A DNA stretch of 64,000 nucleotides from a bacterium. Its GTDB lineage: Bacteria; UBA8248. The position numbers were made by a program, and so were the translations under genes. The stretch spans positions 2,979,535-3,043,534 of the forward strand of contig OZ241326.1 of the NCBI GenBank assembly GCA_965199855.1, read 5' to 3'. Of the stretch, positions 19,661 through 28,423 are shown piece by piece. Numbering within the stretch: the first letter of the stretch is position 1; every line of letters begins with the position of its first letter. The notes beneath the pieces are model-generated. The model was not told where the DNA came from. It saw only the letters and a list, made by a program, of their open reading frames with translations, and made no database searches.

Positions 19661-19855
19661 GCGCAGGCCTTCGCGCAGATGCTCGCCCACAACGACCTCT
19701 GGCGGTTCACGGGGATGGGATTTCTCTCGGCCGCGCCCATCATCCTGATGCTGAACGTCAAGCGGGCGCGAGGCGCGCAGAGCGGAGAGGCAGGGGCGTC
19801 CGGAATGAAAAGAGCGCGTCCGGCGCGGAAGCGGGAGGATTACTTCTTCGGGTAG
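19661..19855 (+). pseudogene. Remnant of the C-terminus of an EmrB/DHA2 MFS transporter
   Basis: AQMLAHNDLWRFTGMGFLSAAPIILML resembles the last TM helix of EmrB-type pumps; no rest of gene or obvious start. Confidence 0.5.
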
Positions 19856-20013
19856 ATTCCGAAGGGATCCTTGAGCAGCGCCGCGCAGGCGGCGGCGACC
19901 GCCAGGATCAGCGCGAGGATTCCCAGAGTCTTCGCAACCATCCAGGCGGCGGCGATGACGACCGCGGCCACCACGACGCAGACGATCGCCTTCCCGTCGA
20001 GCCGGCTCTCCAT
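19840..20013 (-). CDS. Small two-TM membrane protein (57 aa)
   Basis: GGAGGGG RBS; MESRLDGKAIVCVVVAAVVIAAAWMVAKTLGILALILAVAAACAALLKDPFGIYPKK. Confidence 0.55.
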   Translation of the reverse strand: MESRLDGKAIVCVVVAAVVIAAAWMVAKTLGILALILAVAAACAALLKDPFGIYPKK

Positions 20014-20046
20014 GAGCGCGCCCCTCCGCCCCGATGCGTTCAACAG

Positions 20047-20123
20047 TGGTGGGCCGCCGGGGAATCGAACCCCGAACCCACGGATTAAGAGTCCGTTGCT
20101 CTGCCTAGTTGAGCTAGCGACCC
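20047..20123 (-). tRNA. tRNA-Lys(CTT)
   Basis: GGGTCGCTAGCTCAACTAGGCAGAGC-ACGGA-CT-CTT-AA-TCCGT...GGTTCGATTCC...CCA. Confidence 0.95.
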
Positions 20124-20135
20124 GCTGTTCATCAA

Positions 20136-20212
20136 TGGCGCGCCCGGTAGGACTCGAACCTACAGCCTTCGGATCCGAAGTCCGACGCTCTATCCAGTTG
20201 AGCTACGGGCGC
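20136..20212 (-). tRNA. tRNA-Arg(TCG)
   Basis: GCGCCCGTAGCTCAACTGGATAGAGC-TCGGA-CT-TCG-GA-TCCGA...GGTTCGAGTCC...CCA. Confidence 0.95.
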
Positions 20213-20267
20213 CGCGCTTTCATCCGCTCCCCTCCCGCGCCTGCCCCGCGCGGGAAAGCGCGCGCTT

Positions 20268-20344
20268 TGGGGTGAGTGAGGGGATTTGAACCCCCGACCT
20301 CCGGGGCCACAACCCGGCGCTCTAACCACTGAGCTACACCCACC
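20268..20344 (-). tRNA. tRNA-His(GTG), including G-1
   Basis: GGTGGGTGTAGCTCAGTGGTTAGAGC-CCGGG-TT-GTG-GC-CCCGG...GGTTCAAATCC...CCCCA. Confidence 0.95.
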
Positions 20345-20406
20345 GCGCCTTCGGCCCGCCTCTCCCGCGCGCCCGGGGAGAGGGCGGCGCGACTTCCCGA
20401 AATACA

Positions 20407-20483
<77 letters not shown>

Positions 20484-20550
20484 CCGCGCTGGCGGCGCTT
20501 CTCGTGCCGCCCCGTTCGCGGGCGCCGCCTCCCGCCGAAAGACAGGGGGA

Positions 20551-20579
20551 AATATCACACCCGACGCCGGGGCTGTCAA
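20551..20579 (-). promoter_or_regulatory. Sigma70 promoter of the tRNA operon
   Basis: TTGACA-17 nt-GATATT, with a TG extended -10 element. Confidence 0.7.
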
Positions 20580-20645
20580 CAACGCGGGGAGGACGGAGGG
20601 GTTCGGGGGGAGACGCGCGGGCCGGGCAGACGCGCCGGCGGATTC

Positions 20646-21113
20646 TCACAGGGACGGGGAGAACGATCCGTCGGGGCCGTTGTACACCAGCACGCTGTTC
20701 GCCGGCATATCCCGCCGATGAGCGCGATCAGCCCTTGCGGTTCAAAATTCGCCCCATAAGCCCGCTTCGCGTCGATGTCTTGAGGGATTCCCGCGAGGTT
20801 CAACCGACCCGCGTATATCGGCGCGACCTCGTTCTGATGGGTCGCCGAAGCGATGGGCCCGCTATCGACCACCGCCAGCCCCGCCCGCTCGGCGGCTTCC
20901 CGATCCACGCAGGTCGAACTCGCTCCGGTATCTATCAAGGCAAGCCCCGCGAGCGGCGGGGTCTCGCCCTTGTCGGCGAAGAATCCGATCTGATCCGCAA
21001 GGAGGGCCAGCGTGATCTGCACCCTCGGGCCGAACCGCCGCAAGGCCACGTCCGCAGGAACGGGAGCGTCCCGCTGATTCCGCGCCTGAGCGCGCGCGTT
21101 CAAGAATCGGCAA
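20646..21113 (-). pseudogene. Retropepsin-like aspartyl protease, frameshifted
   Basis: ALIDTGASSTCVD catalytic motif; adding 1 nt near 20712 restores IGRDM..NSVLVYNGPDGSFS*; the MPI/LNARA N-terminus is also out of frame near 21103. Confidence 0.65.
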
Positions 21114-21361
21114 CGAGCGGAACGCCTACGGAAAGAGCGGGAATGCTCGGGGCCTCCACATCATCGGGCCTGAGCACGGATCGAACCAGAAACGGGCCCG
21201 CGCCCAGCCGCCTGACGCCCTCGGTGACGCCTTCGTCATAGGTTTCAAAGGCGCCGAGAACTTCCTCGCCCCGGATGAGCGGATACTTGCCCGGATAATT
21301 CGCGGCGAGCTCCTCCCGGTTGCTCTGGAGATGGGCTTTTCCCGAGCAGAGGGTCCGTCAT
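21100..21361 (-). pseudogene. DUF5678-like small protein, frameshifted
   Basis: AGGAGG RBS, then MTDPLL / shift / AHLQSNREELAANYPGKYPLIRGEEVLGAFETYDEGVTEGVRRLGAGPFLVR...; its stop overlaps the protease start. Confidence 0.6.
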
Positions 21362-21666
21362 TTTCCGTCCTCCTTCGCAATTTCCGCCGAGGCGGCGCGA
21401 ACGCGGCCGCGCCTCCGCGCCGGCCGCCATCATACGATATTCAGGGAGGACGAACCGCCGGATCGGCCGGGAGCTCCCGCCCGCCGAAGAATCGAAAAGC
21501 GCACGCGCGCAGGGGCCTTGAAAGCCCCCGCTCCCCGCAAGCGCCCCCCGCTCTCCCCGGATTTTTCGCTGATGCCTTCAGTATAGGGAAACCGCGGGAG
21601 AAGTCCAGCGCTTTCCGAGCTCCCCGGAGCGCGCTCCGGAGAGCCGGCCCGGAGAAGCGGGCGCGC

Positions 21667-22557
21667 TTACTCGCCCTCGAAGGGCTTTCTGCGCACCCTG
21701 CCCTCGCCCACGAGCGCGGCCTTCATCAGGAGAATCAGAACGTTGGTTCGGGGGATGAGGTGGATGAAGCTGTCCAGCTTCCGATCGATGAGGTCGATTT
21801 CGCCCTCGGAGAGGCCGAGCGCCGCCGCCCGCTCCCGGCTCAGATCGACCGCGAAGGGAAACTCCTGGGCCGCCGCGGCGGCCGCGCCCTGCGCCTGGGC
21901 GACGGTGATGTGAAAGCCCGGCTTGGCCATCTCCTCCTTAAGGAAGGGCCAGACGCGCTCGAGGAAGGCGGGGTAATGGCCGAGGGCGCGCCAGACGCTG
22001 CCCAGCCCCCCGGTCGCCGCGCGAACCTCCCCGTAAATGGCGCCCAGCGCGTCATCCACGGCGGCCGGATCCACGAGAGCGGGCGCGCGCATCGAGGCGG
22101 GCGCGCCTCCGGGCAGGGGGTTCGCGTCCGAGTCCGCGCCCGGGCGGACGCCGCCCATCTTCATGCCGTTGAGCGTCCCCTTGAGGGCGGCCGCCAGGAT
22201 GAGGTTCTTGGGGTTCGCGTCGTTGTAGACGTCCAGGACGCCGTCCACCGCCTCGATCTCCTCGGGCGCGCAGCCGCACTCGTCCTCGAGCGCCTCGCCC
22301 ACCTCCGGCACGTCGGGCGGCATGGGCGGGGCCATCCGCATCCGCAGATTGTCCGCGCAGCGCTCGAAATAGGCCGTTGAGGCGTTGGGTCTGAGCGCCT
22401 CCCAGGCCGCGCGGAAATACGGCTCGTGCGCGGCCAGGGCGCGATATATGAAGTTCACCTGGGTGCTTCGGAGCGTCCGGCGCATATCCTCGTAAATCGC
22501 GGCGATTTCGCCCGTCGCGCGATCTTCCGGGACTTCATCGAAGGCGATGGGCTCCAT
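21667..22557 (-). CDS. DehI (halocarboxylic acid dehalogenase)-like protein
   Basis: Two internal repeats: ATGEIAAIYEDMRRTL..VNFIYRALA..EPYF..AW..LRP and AIYGEVRAA...VWRALGHYPAFL..VW..LK. Confidence 0.65.
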   Translation of the reverse strand: MEPIAFDEVPEDRATGEIAAIYEDMRRTLRSTQVNFIYRALAAHEPYFRAAWEALRPNASTAYFERCADNLRMRMAPPMPPDVPEVGEALEDECGCAPEEIEAVDGVLDVYNDANPKNLILAAALKGTLNGMKMGGVRPGADSDANPLPGGAPASMRAPALVDPAAVDDALGAIYGEVRAATGGLGSVWRALGHYPAFLERVWPFLKEEMAKPGFHITVAQAQGAAAAAAQEFPFAVDLSRERAAALGLSEGEIDLIDRKLDSFIHLIPRTNVLILLMKAALVGEGRVRRKPFEGE

Positions 22558-22721
22558 GATTTTCCCCGTCAGGTCCGGCGAGATATCCAGCGGGAAGGCG
22601 GGCTCCGAGTCATTCCGAGTATAGAGGCGGCGGACGCGAGGGACAAGCCGCCTTCGCCGCGCTGACGCGGCTTCCGGGCGCGTTCTTCCCGCTTCCAGAT
22701 TTTTTTTTTTTCGGAAAAAGC

Positions 22722-22769
22722 TTGCGTTTTGGAGAAAGGAAGCATATATTTGATATAGTCAAATTTTGA
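22722..22769 (+). promoter_or_regulatory. Promoter and probable MarR operator
   Basis: TTGCGT-17 nt-TATATT, overlapped by inverted repeats ATTTGA-tatag-TCAAAT and TCAAA-t-TTTGA in an AT-rich patch. Confidence 0.55.
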
Positions 22770-22924
22770 TTAGAATCACATTTGAGATTCGCCAGAACGA
22801 GAGACGACCAACCGGGAGCTTTTGTTTTGATGAACGCCGAAAAGGGGCTTCGGAGAAGCGTGAACCCGCGCCCGGCGGAGGAGCCTGCGCCCCGAAGCGG
22901 CCGCATGGAGGAGTTTCAGGAAAA

Positions 22925-23407
22925 ATGAATCCAGCCACGGAAGTCTGCCGCAAGCGCGCGGAAACCGGGTCGCCCGCCCTGGGCGCGCGTCTGCACCTCG
23001 CCCTCGACAGCCTCTTTCACCAGAAAAAGCCCGCCGACCGGGAGGCGGTGTGCTGCCACGACATCACCCACAACCAGTGGATGCTCCTTCACATGCTCGC
23101 CGACGCGGAAGCGGCGCCCCTGCCCATGGGGGAGATCGCCAGACGAATGCGCCTCACGCCGAGCGGGGTGACGCGCTGCGCGGACCCGCTCGTCGATCGC
23201 GGGCTGATCGAGCGGGGCGTGAAGGAAGGCGACCGCCGCGTGTGCTGCCTGGGTCTGAGCGAGGCGGGCGCGGCGCTCCACGGAGCCATCCTGAAAGGCT
23301 GCGCGCTCGAGGACGAAGCACTTCTGGGCGCGTTCTCCCCCGAGGAGGGAGAGGATATCGTCCGCGCGGTGGAGAAGCTCGCGCGCGCCGCCAGGGAGAC
23401 GGCGTGA
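22925..23407 (+). CDS. MarR-family regulator with vicinal Cys pairs
   Basis: VCCHDIT..QW, MGEIA..M.LTPSGVTR..D.LV..GLIER...DRRVCC.GLS. Confidence 0.85.
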   Translation: MNPATEVCRKRAETGSPALGARLHLALDSLFHQKKPADREAVCCHDITHNQWMLLHMLADAEAAPLPMGEIARRMRLTPSGVTRCADPLVDRGLIERGVKEGDRRVCCLGLSEAGAALHGAILKGCALEDEALLGAFSPEEGEDIVRAVEKLARAARETA

Positions 23408-24450
23408 TGATCACGCGAGCCGAAGCGCCCGCGCCCAAATCCGTCTGGGTCTCCCCCTGGCCTTGGGGTCTCCTCTCGGCGGGCGCGCTCGCGCTCCTCA
23501 TCCTGCGGACGCAGGCCGGACAGGAAGCCTCGGCCGACCGCCTCGCCTTCGAGCTCGAGCGAAACGCCGCCTTCATCCTGAAGAGCTTCTGGAGCATCGC
23601 GCCCTTCTTCCTGCTGAGCGTGGCAGTCTCGGCCTGGGTCACCGTCGCCGGATACGCCGAGAAGATACGGATCGTGTTCGACAGGCGCCAGGGGCTGGCC
23701 ATCGCGGGCGCCTCGGCGGCGGGGGCGGCGGTTCCCTTCTGCTCCTGCGGCGTCATCCCCCTCATCGCCGCCCTGCTCGCGAGCGGCGTGCCCCTGGGGC
23801 CGGTGATGGCCTTCTGGATCAGCTCGCCCCTGATGAGCCCCGAAAAATTCATGCTCACGGCGGGCGTCCTCGGCGCCGACTACGCCCTCGCGCGGCTCGC
23901 CGCCGCGGTCGCCCTGGGAGCGGCGGCGGGCTTCGCCGCCTGGCTCATCGCGCGCGGCGGGGGACTCGAGGATCAGATTCGCGCCGCCGTCGCCCCGCCC
24001 GCGCGCGGGACGGACGGGGAGAGACGGGCGGGAGGAGCCTCCCTCGGCGCGTTCGCCGCCCAGATGAAGAGCGTGGGCCTCTATCTGTTCAAGTGGCTGG
24101 CGCTGGCCTTCTTTCTCGAGGCGCTCATCGTCCACTACGTGGATTCCGCCTGGATAGGCGCGGCGCTCGGCGCGGACAACCCCTGGTCGATTCTCCTGGC
24201 GAGCGCGGTGGGCATCCCGCTCTACACCTCGGGCATGGCCGCCATCCCCATCACCAAGGGGCTCATCGCCTCCGGCATGGGCCCGGGCGCGGCCATGGCC
24301 TTTCTCATCGCGGGTCCCGTCACGTGCGTGCCCGCCATGGCCGGCGTGTGGGCGATCGTGAGGCGCAGGGCGTTCGCCATCTACCTGGGCGCGGGCGTCC
24401 TGGGGTCGCTCGCCGGAGGCTACGCCTTCCAGTTTCTCTCGCGCGCGTAA
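23407..24450 (+). CDS. DUF318/ArsP-like permease
   Basis: PFCSCGVIP, MAFWISSPLM, VGIPLY, GAAMAFLIAGP; start overlaps the marR stop. Confidence 0.8.
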   Translation: MITRAEAPAPKSVWVSPWPWGLLSAGALALLILRTQAGQEASADRLAFELERNAAFILKSFWSIAPFFLLSVAVSAWVTVAGYAEKIRIVFDRRQGLAIAGASAAGAAVPFCSCGVIPLIAALLASGVPLGPVMAFWISSPLMSPEKFMLTAGVLGADYALARLAAAVALGAAAGFAAWLIARGGGLEDQIRAAVAPPARGTDGERRAGGASLGAFAAQMKSVGLYLFKWLALAFFLEALIVHYVDSAWIGAALGADNPWSILLASAVGIPLYTSGMAAIPITKGLIASGMGPGAAMAFLIAGPVTCVPAMAGVWAIVRRRAFAIYLGAGVLGSLAGGYAFQFLSRA

Positions 24451-24566
24451 GGCCCGCCCAGGGCGCGGCGGCGGCGGCGGGAGCCCCGCCGCGCTCGACA
24501 GGAGGGGCGCCAGGCCCTACCCTCCCGGAAAGCCCGCGAGACGCCCCGCCCCCGGAGACCGCACCG

Positions 24567-25424
24567 ATGCCCATATCCCCCCACGCCCCCGAATACGCCG
24601 AACCCAGCCGGATGCGCCTCGGCTACGTCATCGCCACGCCCGAGGTGCGCTCGCCCCTGATGCCGGGGGCGCGCGGGGACTTCGCCGAGAACCTCGCCGC
24701 GCTCCGCGATATGGGCTACGAGACGATCGAGGCCGCCATGCGCGACCCCGACGACCCCGACGCCCGGGGGGTGGAGAAGGCGATCGCGCGCTCGGGGCTT
24801 TCCGTGGCGATGATAGGCTCCGCCCCCAGCGAGCTTCAGGACGGGGTGATGCTGTGCCACCCCGACGCGGGCGCGCGCGAGGCGGGCGCCGCCCGGTTGC
24901 GCGCCCTCGTCGAGGCGGGGGCGCGGCTGGGCGCGATGGGCGTGAACATCGGCCGCTTTCGCGGAACCTGCATCCCCGGCGAGCTCTGGGAGGCGTCGAA
25001 CGGCTGGATGCGGGGCGCCCTGCGCGCGGGGGCGGACTTCGCCGCGCAGCGGGGGATGAAGCTCTACGTCGAGCCCTACAACCGCTACGAGACGAACTTC
25101 ATCAACACCGTCCGCCAGGGGATGGAATACGTGAAGGCCGAGAACCACCCGGGCCTCGCCCTGATGATCGACAGCTGCTGGATGAACTCCGAGGACGCCT
25201 CCATTCCGGGGGCCGTATTCGCCGCCCGGGAGTGGATCGAATACGTCCACGTGGCCGATTCCACCCGGGGCTACCCCGGCTCCGGCCACATCCATTTCGG
25301 CGACTTCATCCGCGCCCTGCGCGAGATCGGCTACGAGGGCGTCCTCTCGGTGCAGATCGACCAGAAGCCCGCCTTCCGGGTCGCCGCCGAGCGCAGCGTC
25401 CGCCTCCTCAAGTGCTATCTGTAG
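24567..25424 (+). CDS. Sugar phosphate isomerase/epimerase (xylose isomerase-like TIM barrel)
   Basis: EPYNRYETNFINT, MIDS, YVHVADS.RGYPGSGH. Confidence 0.8.
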   Translation: MPISPHAPEYAEPSRMRLGYVIATPEVRSPLMPGARGDFAENLAALRDMGYETIEAAMRDPDDPDARGVEKAIARSGLSVAMIGSAPSELQDGVMLCHPDAGAREAGAARLRALVEAGARLGAMGVNIGRFRGTCIPGELWEASNGWMRGALRAGADFAAQRGMKLYVEPYNRYETNFINTVRQGMEYVKAENHPGLALMIDSCWMNSEDASIPGAVFAAREWIEYVHVADSTRGYPGSGHIHFGDFIRALREIGYEGVLSVQIDQKPAFRVAAERSVRLLKCYL

Positions 25425-25493
25425 GGGGGGCGACGACGCCTCACCAGCCCGCAGGCTTTGAAATCGTTGTCCCCGGAAGCCGGGCCGCTCCCT

Positions 25494-25946
25494 CTACCTC
25501 CCGCACTCGCCGCGGGCGAGCTGGGCGGAGATGTGGCCGGGAAACGCGGGAAACATCTCGATGACGCGCTTTCCCTTCTCCTCGCGCACGACGACGGCGT
25601 GGACGCGCCTCCCCGACAGGAAAAACCCGGTGAGGTGAAGGCCGCCGAAGCGCCGCCAGGTGAGAATGAAGGGATATTCGACGGACTTCTCCTTGTTGAA
25701 GGGGCGCGTGATGCGCAGCGTCCCCTCCCCGCCGATGGGATAGGCCAGCTCCTTGAACGCGCCCTTCTTGCGCTCCACCAGCCACACGGCGAGATCGCGC
25801 TCGCCTTCGGGCAGGACGAGCCGCACGCTCTGCTCGACCACGAAGCCGTTCAGGATGGCGTAGCGCACCCGGCAGTTCAGCGCCCCCTCCGCCTCCGCGC
25901 CGAACCACAGGGCGAGCGCGGCGAACGCGCAAGCGACGCGCCTCAT
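25494..25946 (-). CDS. Hypothetical exported protein
   Basis: Signal-peptide-like N-terminus MRRVACAFAALALWFGAEAEGA; plausible codon usage. Confidence 0.5.
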   Translation of the reverse strand: MRRVACAFAALALWFGAEAEGALNCRVRYAILNGFVVEQSVRLVLPEGERDLAVWLVERKKGAFKELAYPIGGEGTLRITRPFNKEKSVEYPFILTWRRFGGLHLTGFFLSGRRVHAVVVREEKGKRVIEMFPAFPGHISAQLARGECGR

Positions 25947-26090
25947 CAGACAGCCCTCCGAAGCCGGGGGAAAGCCGCGCGGGACGGCGAACGCATTATG
26001 GAGGATTCGGGAGGGCGATTTCCAGCAGGGCGCGGAGAAGCCTCGACGAGCGGGCGGCGTCCGCGCTTCTGGAGAATCGCGGCGGGCGGC

Positions 26091-26768
26091 TCAGGCGCCC
26101 CGGTTCGGGTCCTCGCCGTCGGGTTCGGGGTATTCCTCCGGCCAGTGCGCCGCCATCGTCTCGTAGTAGGTCTTCACCTTCGCGCCGTCCAGGTGGAGGG
26201 ATTTCCTGATCCTGTCCACCTCGCTCTGCTCCTCGAGGGGGATGCCGAGCGAATCCATGTAGCGGTTGAAGAGGTTGAACAGCCCGCTCACCATCGTGAG
26301 CTCGACGATTTCGGCCTCGGAGAAATGCCGGCGCACCTCCTCGAACACGTCCTCGCGCGAGCGCGCGGTGTTGAGCGTCACGTGCTCGGCCCAGAGGATG
26401 GCCGCCTTCTCGCGCGGGGTGAACAGGTCCGATTCCATGTAGTCCTCCGAGCCGATGGCCTCCATCTGCCCGGGGGTGATGCCCGCCGCTTGACCAAGCG
26501 CCGTGTTGTGCGCGTATCAGTAGGCGCACCCGTTGAGATGGCTCGTCTTGATGACCACCATCTCCTTGATCTTCGTCCCGAGCACGCTGCCCCCGCCCTC
26601 GCGCTGGAGGGTCGCCACGAAGGGCAGCATCGCCTTGGCGACGTGGGGGGTTCTGGCGAGCACCCGCATCGAATGCGGGACGCGGCCGAGCATGGCGGTG
26701 GTCGCCTCGTAGAAGCGGGACACGTCGGCGTCCGCCTCCTCGGGCTGAATCATTCGCACTCTGGACAT
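26091..26768 (-). CDS. AhpD/carboxymuconolactone-decarboxylase-like selenoprotein (CxxU), 225 aa
   Basis: ORFs 26517..26768 and 26091..26465 are one frame joined by TGA 26517-26519: KEMVVIKTSHLNGCAY-U-YAHNTALGQAAGI...FTPREKAAILWAE...FSEAEIVELT. Confidence 0.88.
26487..26500 (-). promoter_or_regulatory. Putative SECIS hairpin of the AhpD-like gene
   Basis: CGCTT-GGTC-AAGCG starting 16 nt after the UGA; loop begins with G. Confidence 0.65.
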
Positions 26769-26871
26769 ATTCGAGCCTCCCCTCTCGCGCGTCCCATGAG
26801 GGCATGGGCGCGGCGCTCATCCCGGGCCGCGCCCGCGGGCGATGCGGCCGGATTCCTTCGGACTTTCTTCA

Positions 26872-27474
26872 TTATGCCCCGCCCGCCTCCTCCTTCGCCA
26901 GCCACGCCCGGAACTCCGCGAGGGCGCGGCCGCGGTGGCTGACGCGGTTCTTGACCGCGAGCGGAAGCTCCGAGACGGCGCAGCCATGCTCCGGCAGATA
27001 CATCAGGGGATCGTAGCCGAAGCCGCCCTCCCCGCGCGGGGCGCGCAGCACCTTCCCGTGAAGGGCGCCCTCGAAAAAGCGGAACCGGCCGTCGGGCCTC
27101 ACGAAGGCCAGAACGCAGACGTAGCGCGCCCCGCGCCGCGCCTCCTCCACGCCGCGCAGCCGATCGAGCAGGAGCGCGTTTCGCTCCGCGTCGTCCAGCC
27201 CCTCTCCGCCGAAGCGCGCGGAGCGGACGCCCAGCTCGCCGGGGAGCGCCTCCACCTCCACGCCCGAATCATCGGCCAGGGCGGGCAGGCCGCCCGCGGC
27301 GCAGGCGGCGCGCGCCTTCAGGAGCGCGTTTTCGGCGTAGGTCGCGCCCGTCTCCTCCACCTCGAAGTCGAGGCCCGCCTCGTCCATCCCCGGAAGCTCG
27401 GCGCCCGTCCCCGCGAGGGCGGCGCGAACCTCGCGGATTTTTCCGGCGTTTCGGCTCGCCAGGACGATTCTCAC
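26872..27474 (-). CDS. rdgB: Non-canonical purine NTP pyrophosphatase RdgB/HAM1
   Basis: GTG start overlapping the rph stop; ASRNAGKIRE, ENALLKA, ADDSG, GFGYDP, KNRVSHRGRA. Confidence 0.93.
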   Translation of the reverse strand: MRIVLASRNAGKIREVRAALAGTGAELPGMDEAGLDFEVEETGATYAENALLKARAACAAGGLPALADDSGVEVEALPGELGVRSARFGGEGLDDAERNALLLDRLRGVEEARRGARYVCVLAFVRPDGRFRFFEGALHGKVLRAPRGEGGFGYDPLMYLPEHGCAVSELPLAVKNRVSHRGRALAEFRAWLAKEEAGGA

Positions 27475-28202
27475 TTCGCCCCGACGCCCGCGGCCTGGAC
27501 CTCCAGCAGTTCTCCGACGCCCTTCCGCGCCAGGGCGAGGAGGCGGTTCAGATCGCTCCCGCGAAAGGGCGCGCTCTCGGCCGTTCCCTGCACCTCCACG
27601 AAGCGGCCGCCGCCGGTCATCACGACGTTCATGTCCACCTCGGCGCGCGCGTCCTCGGCGTAGTCGAGGTCCAGCAGGGCGGCGCCGTCCACCACGCCGA
27701 CGCTCACGGCGGCCACGGCCTCCCGGACGGGCGACTCGCCGATGCGCCCGGCCGCGAGCAGGGCGTTCGCCGCGCGCGCCAGCGCCGTCCAGCCCCCCGT
27801 GACGGCGGCGCACCGGGTGCCGCCGTCCGCCTGAATCACGTCGCAATCGACGTGAATCGTCAGCCCGTCCATTTTCGAGAGATCGACCGCCGCGCGCATC
27901 GATCGCCCGATGAGGCGCTGAATCTCCTGGCTGCGGCCTCCCCGCGCGCGCCTTCTGTCCACCCGCGAGGGCGAGCTTCCGGGCAGCATGGCGTATTCCG
28001 CCGTCACCCACCCCTCGCCCGAACCGCGCTTGTGGGGAGGAACGCCCTCCTCCACCGAGGCGGCGCACAGCACCCGGGTGCGGCCCATGGAGATCAGGCA
28101 GCTTCCGGCGCACGTCTCTACGTAATCGGCCTCGATGCGGACTTTCCTGTTCTCGTCGGGAAGCCGCCCGTTCGCGCGCGCGCCGGCCGCTTTTCTCGCC
28201 AC
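27471..28202 (-). CDS. rph: Ribonuclease PH
   Basis: GWVTAEYAMLP, GRSQEIQRLIGRSMR, DCDVIQADGGTR, DMNVVM, EVQGTAE. Confidence 0.95.
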   Translation of the reverse strand: MARKAAGARANGRLPDENRKVRIEADYVETCAGSCLISMGRTRVLCAASVEEGVPPHKRGSGEGWVTAEYAMLPGSSPSRVDRRRARGGRSQEIQRLIGRSMRAAVDLSKMDGLTIHVDCDVIQADGGTRCAAVTGGWTALARAANALLAAGRIGESPVREAVAAVSVGVVDGAALLDLDYAEDARAEVDMNVVMTGGGRFVEVQGTAESAPFRGSDLNRLLALARKGVGELLEVQAAGVGAK

Positions 28203-28423
28203 GCCATCCCCCGGGAAAAAACGGAAAATCACGATGAAGGCGGAGAATACCACGCGCGCGCGGCGCCCGAAACCGGGGGACGAGCGCCCGGCCGGCCTCG
28301 TCCGGGGCGTTCCGCTTTTATCCGTCCCGACGGGATTCGCGAACCCTGGCCCGGCCCGCCGGTTCAGGCGCGGCGCCTCGCGCCCGAAGCCCTCGTCAGG
28401 GGGAGCGCGCCGGCGCGGGGCGC

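Noticed and set aside
22700-22711. Poly-T run as a phase-variation tract
   Set aside because: Intergenic and upstream of the -35 box; cannot be told apart from an UP element or a homopolymer artefact
28260-28420. Possible structured ncRNA (6S-like GAACC...GGTTC) between moaA and rph
   Set aside because: Only a short motif match in GC-rich DNA; an Rfam/Infernal search would be needed
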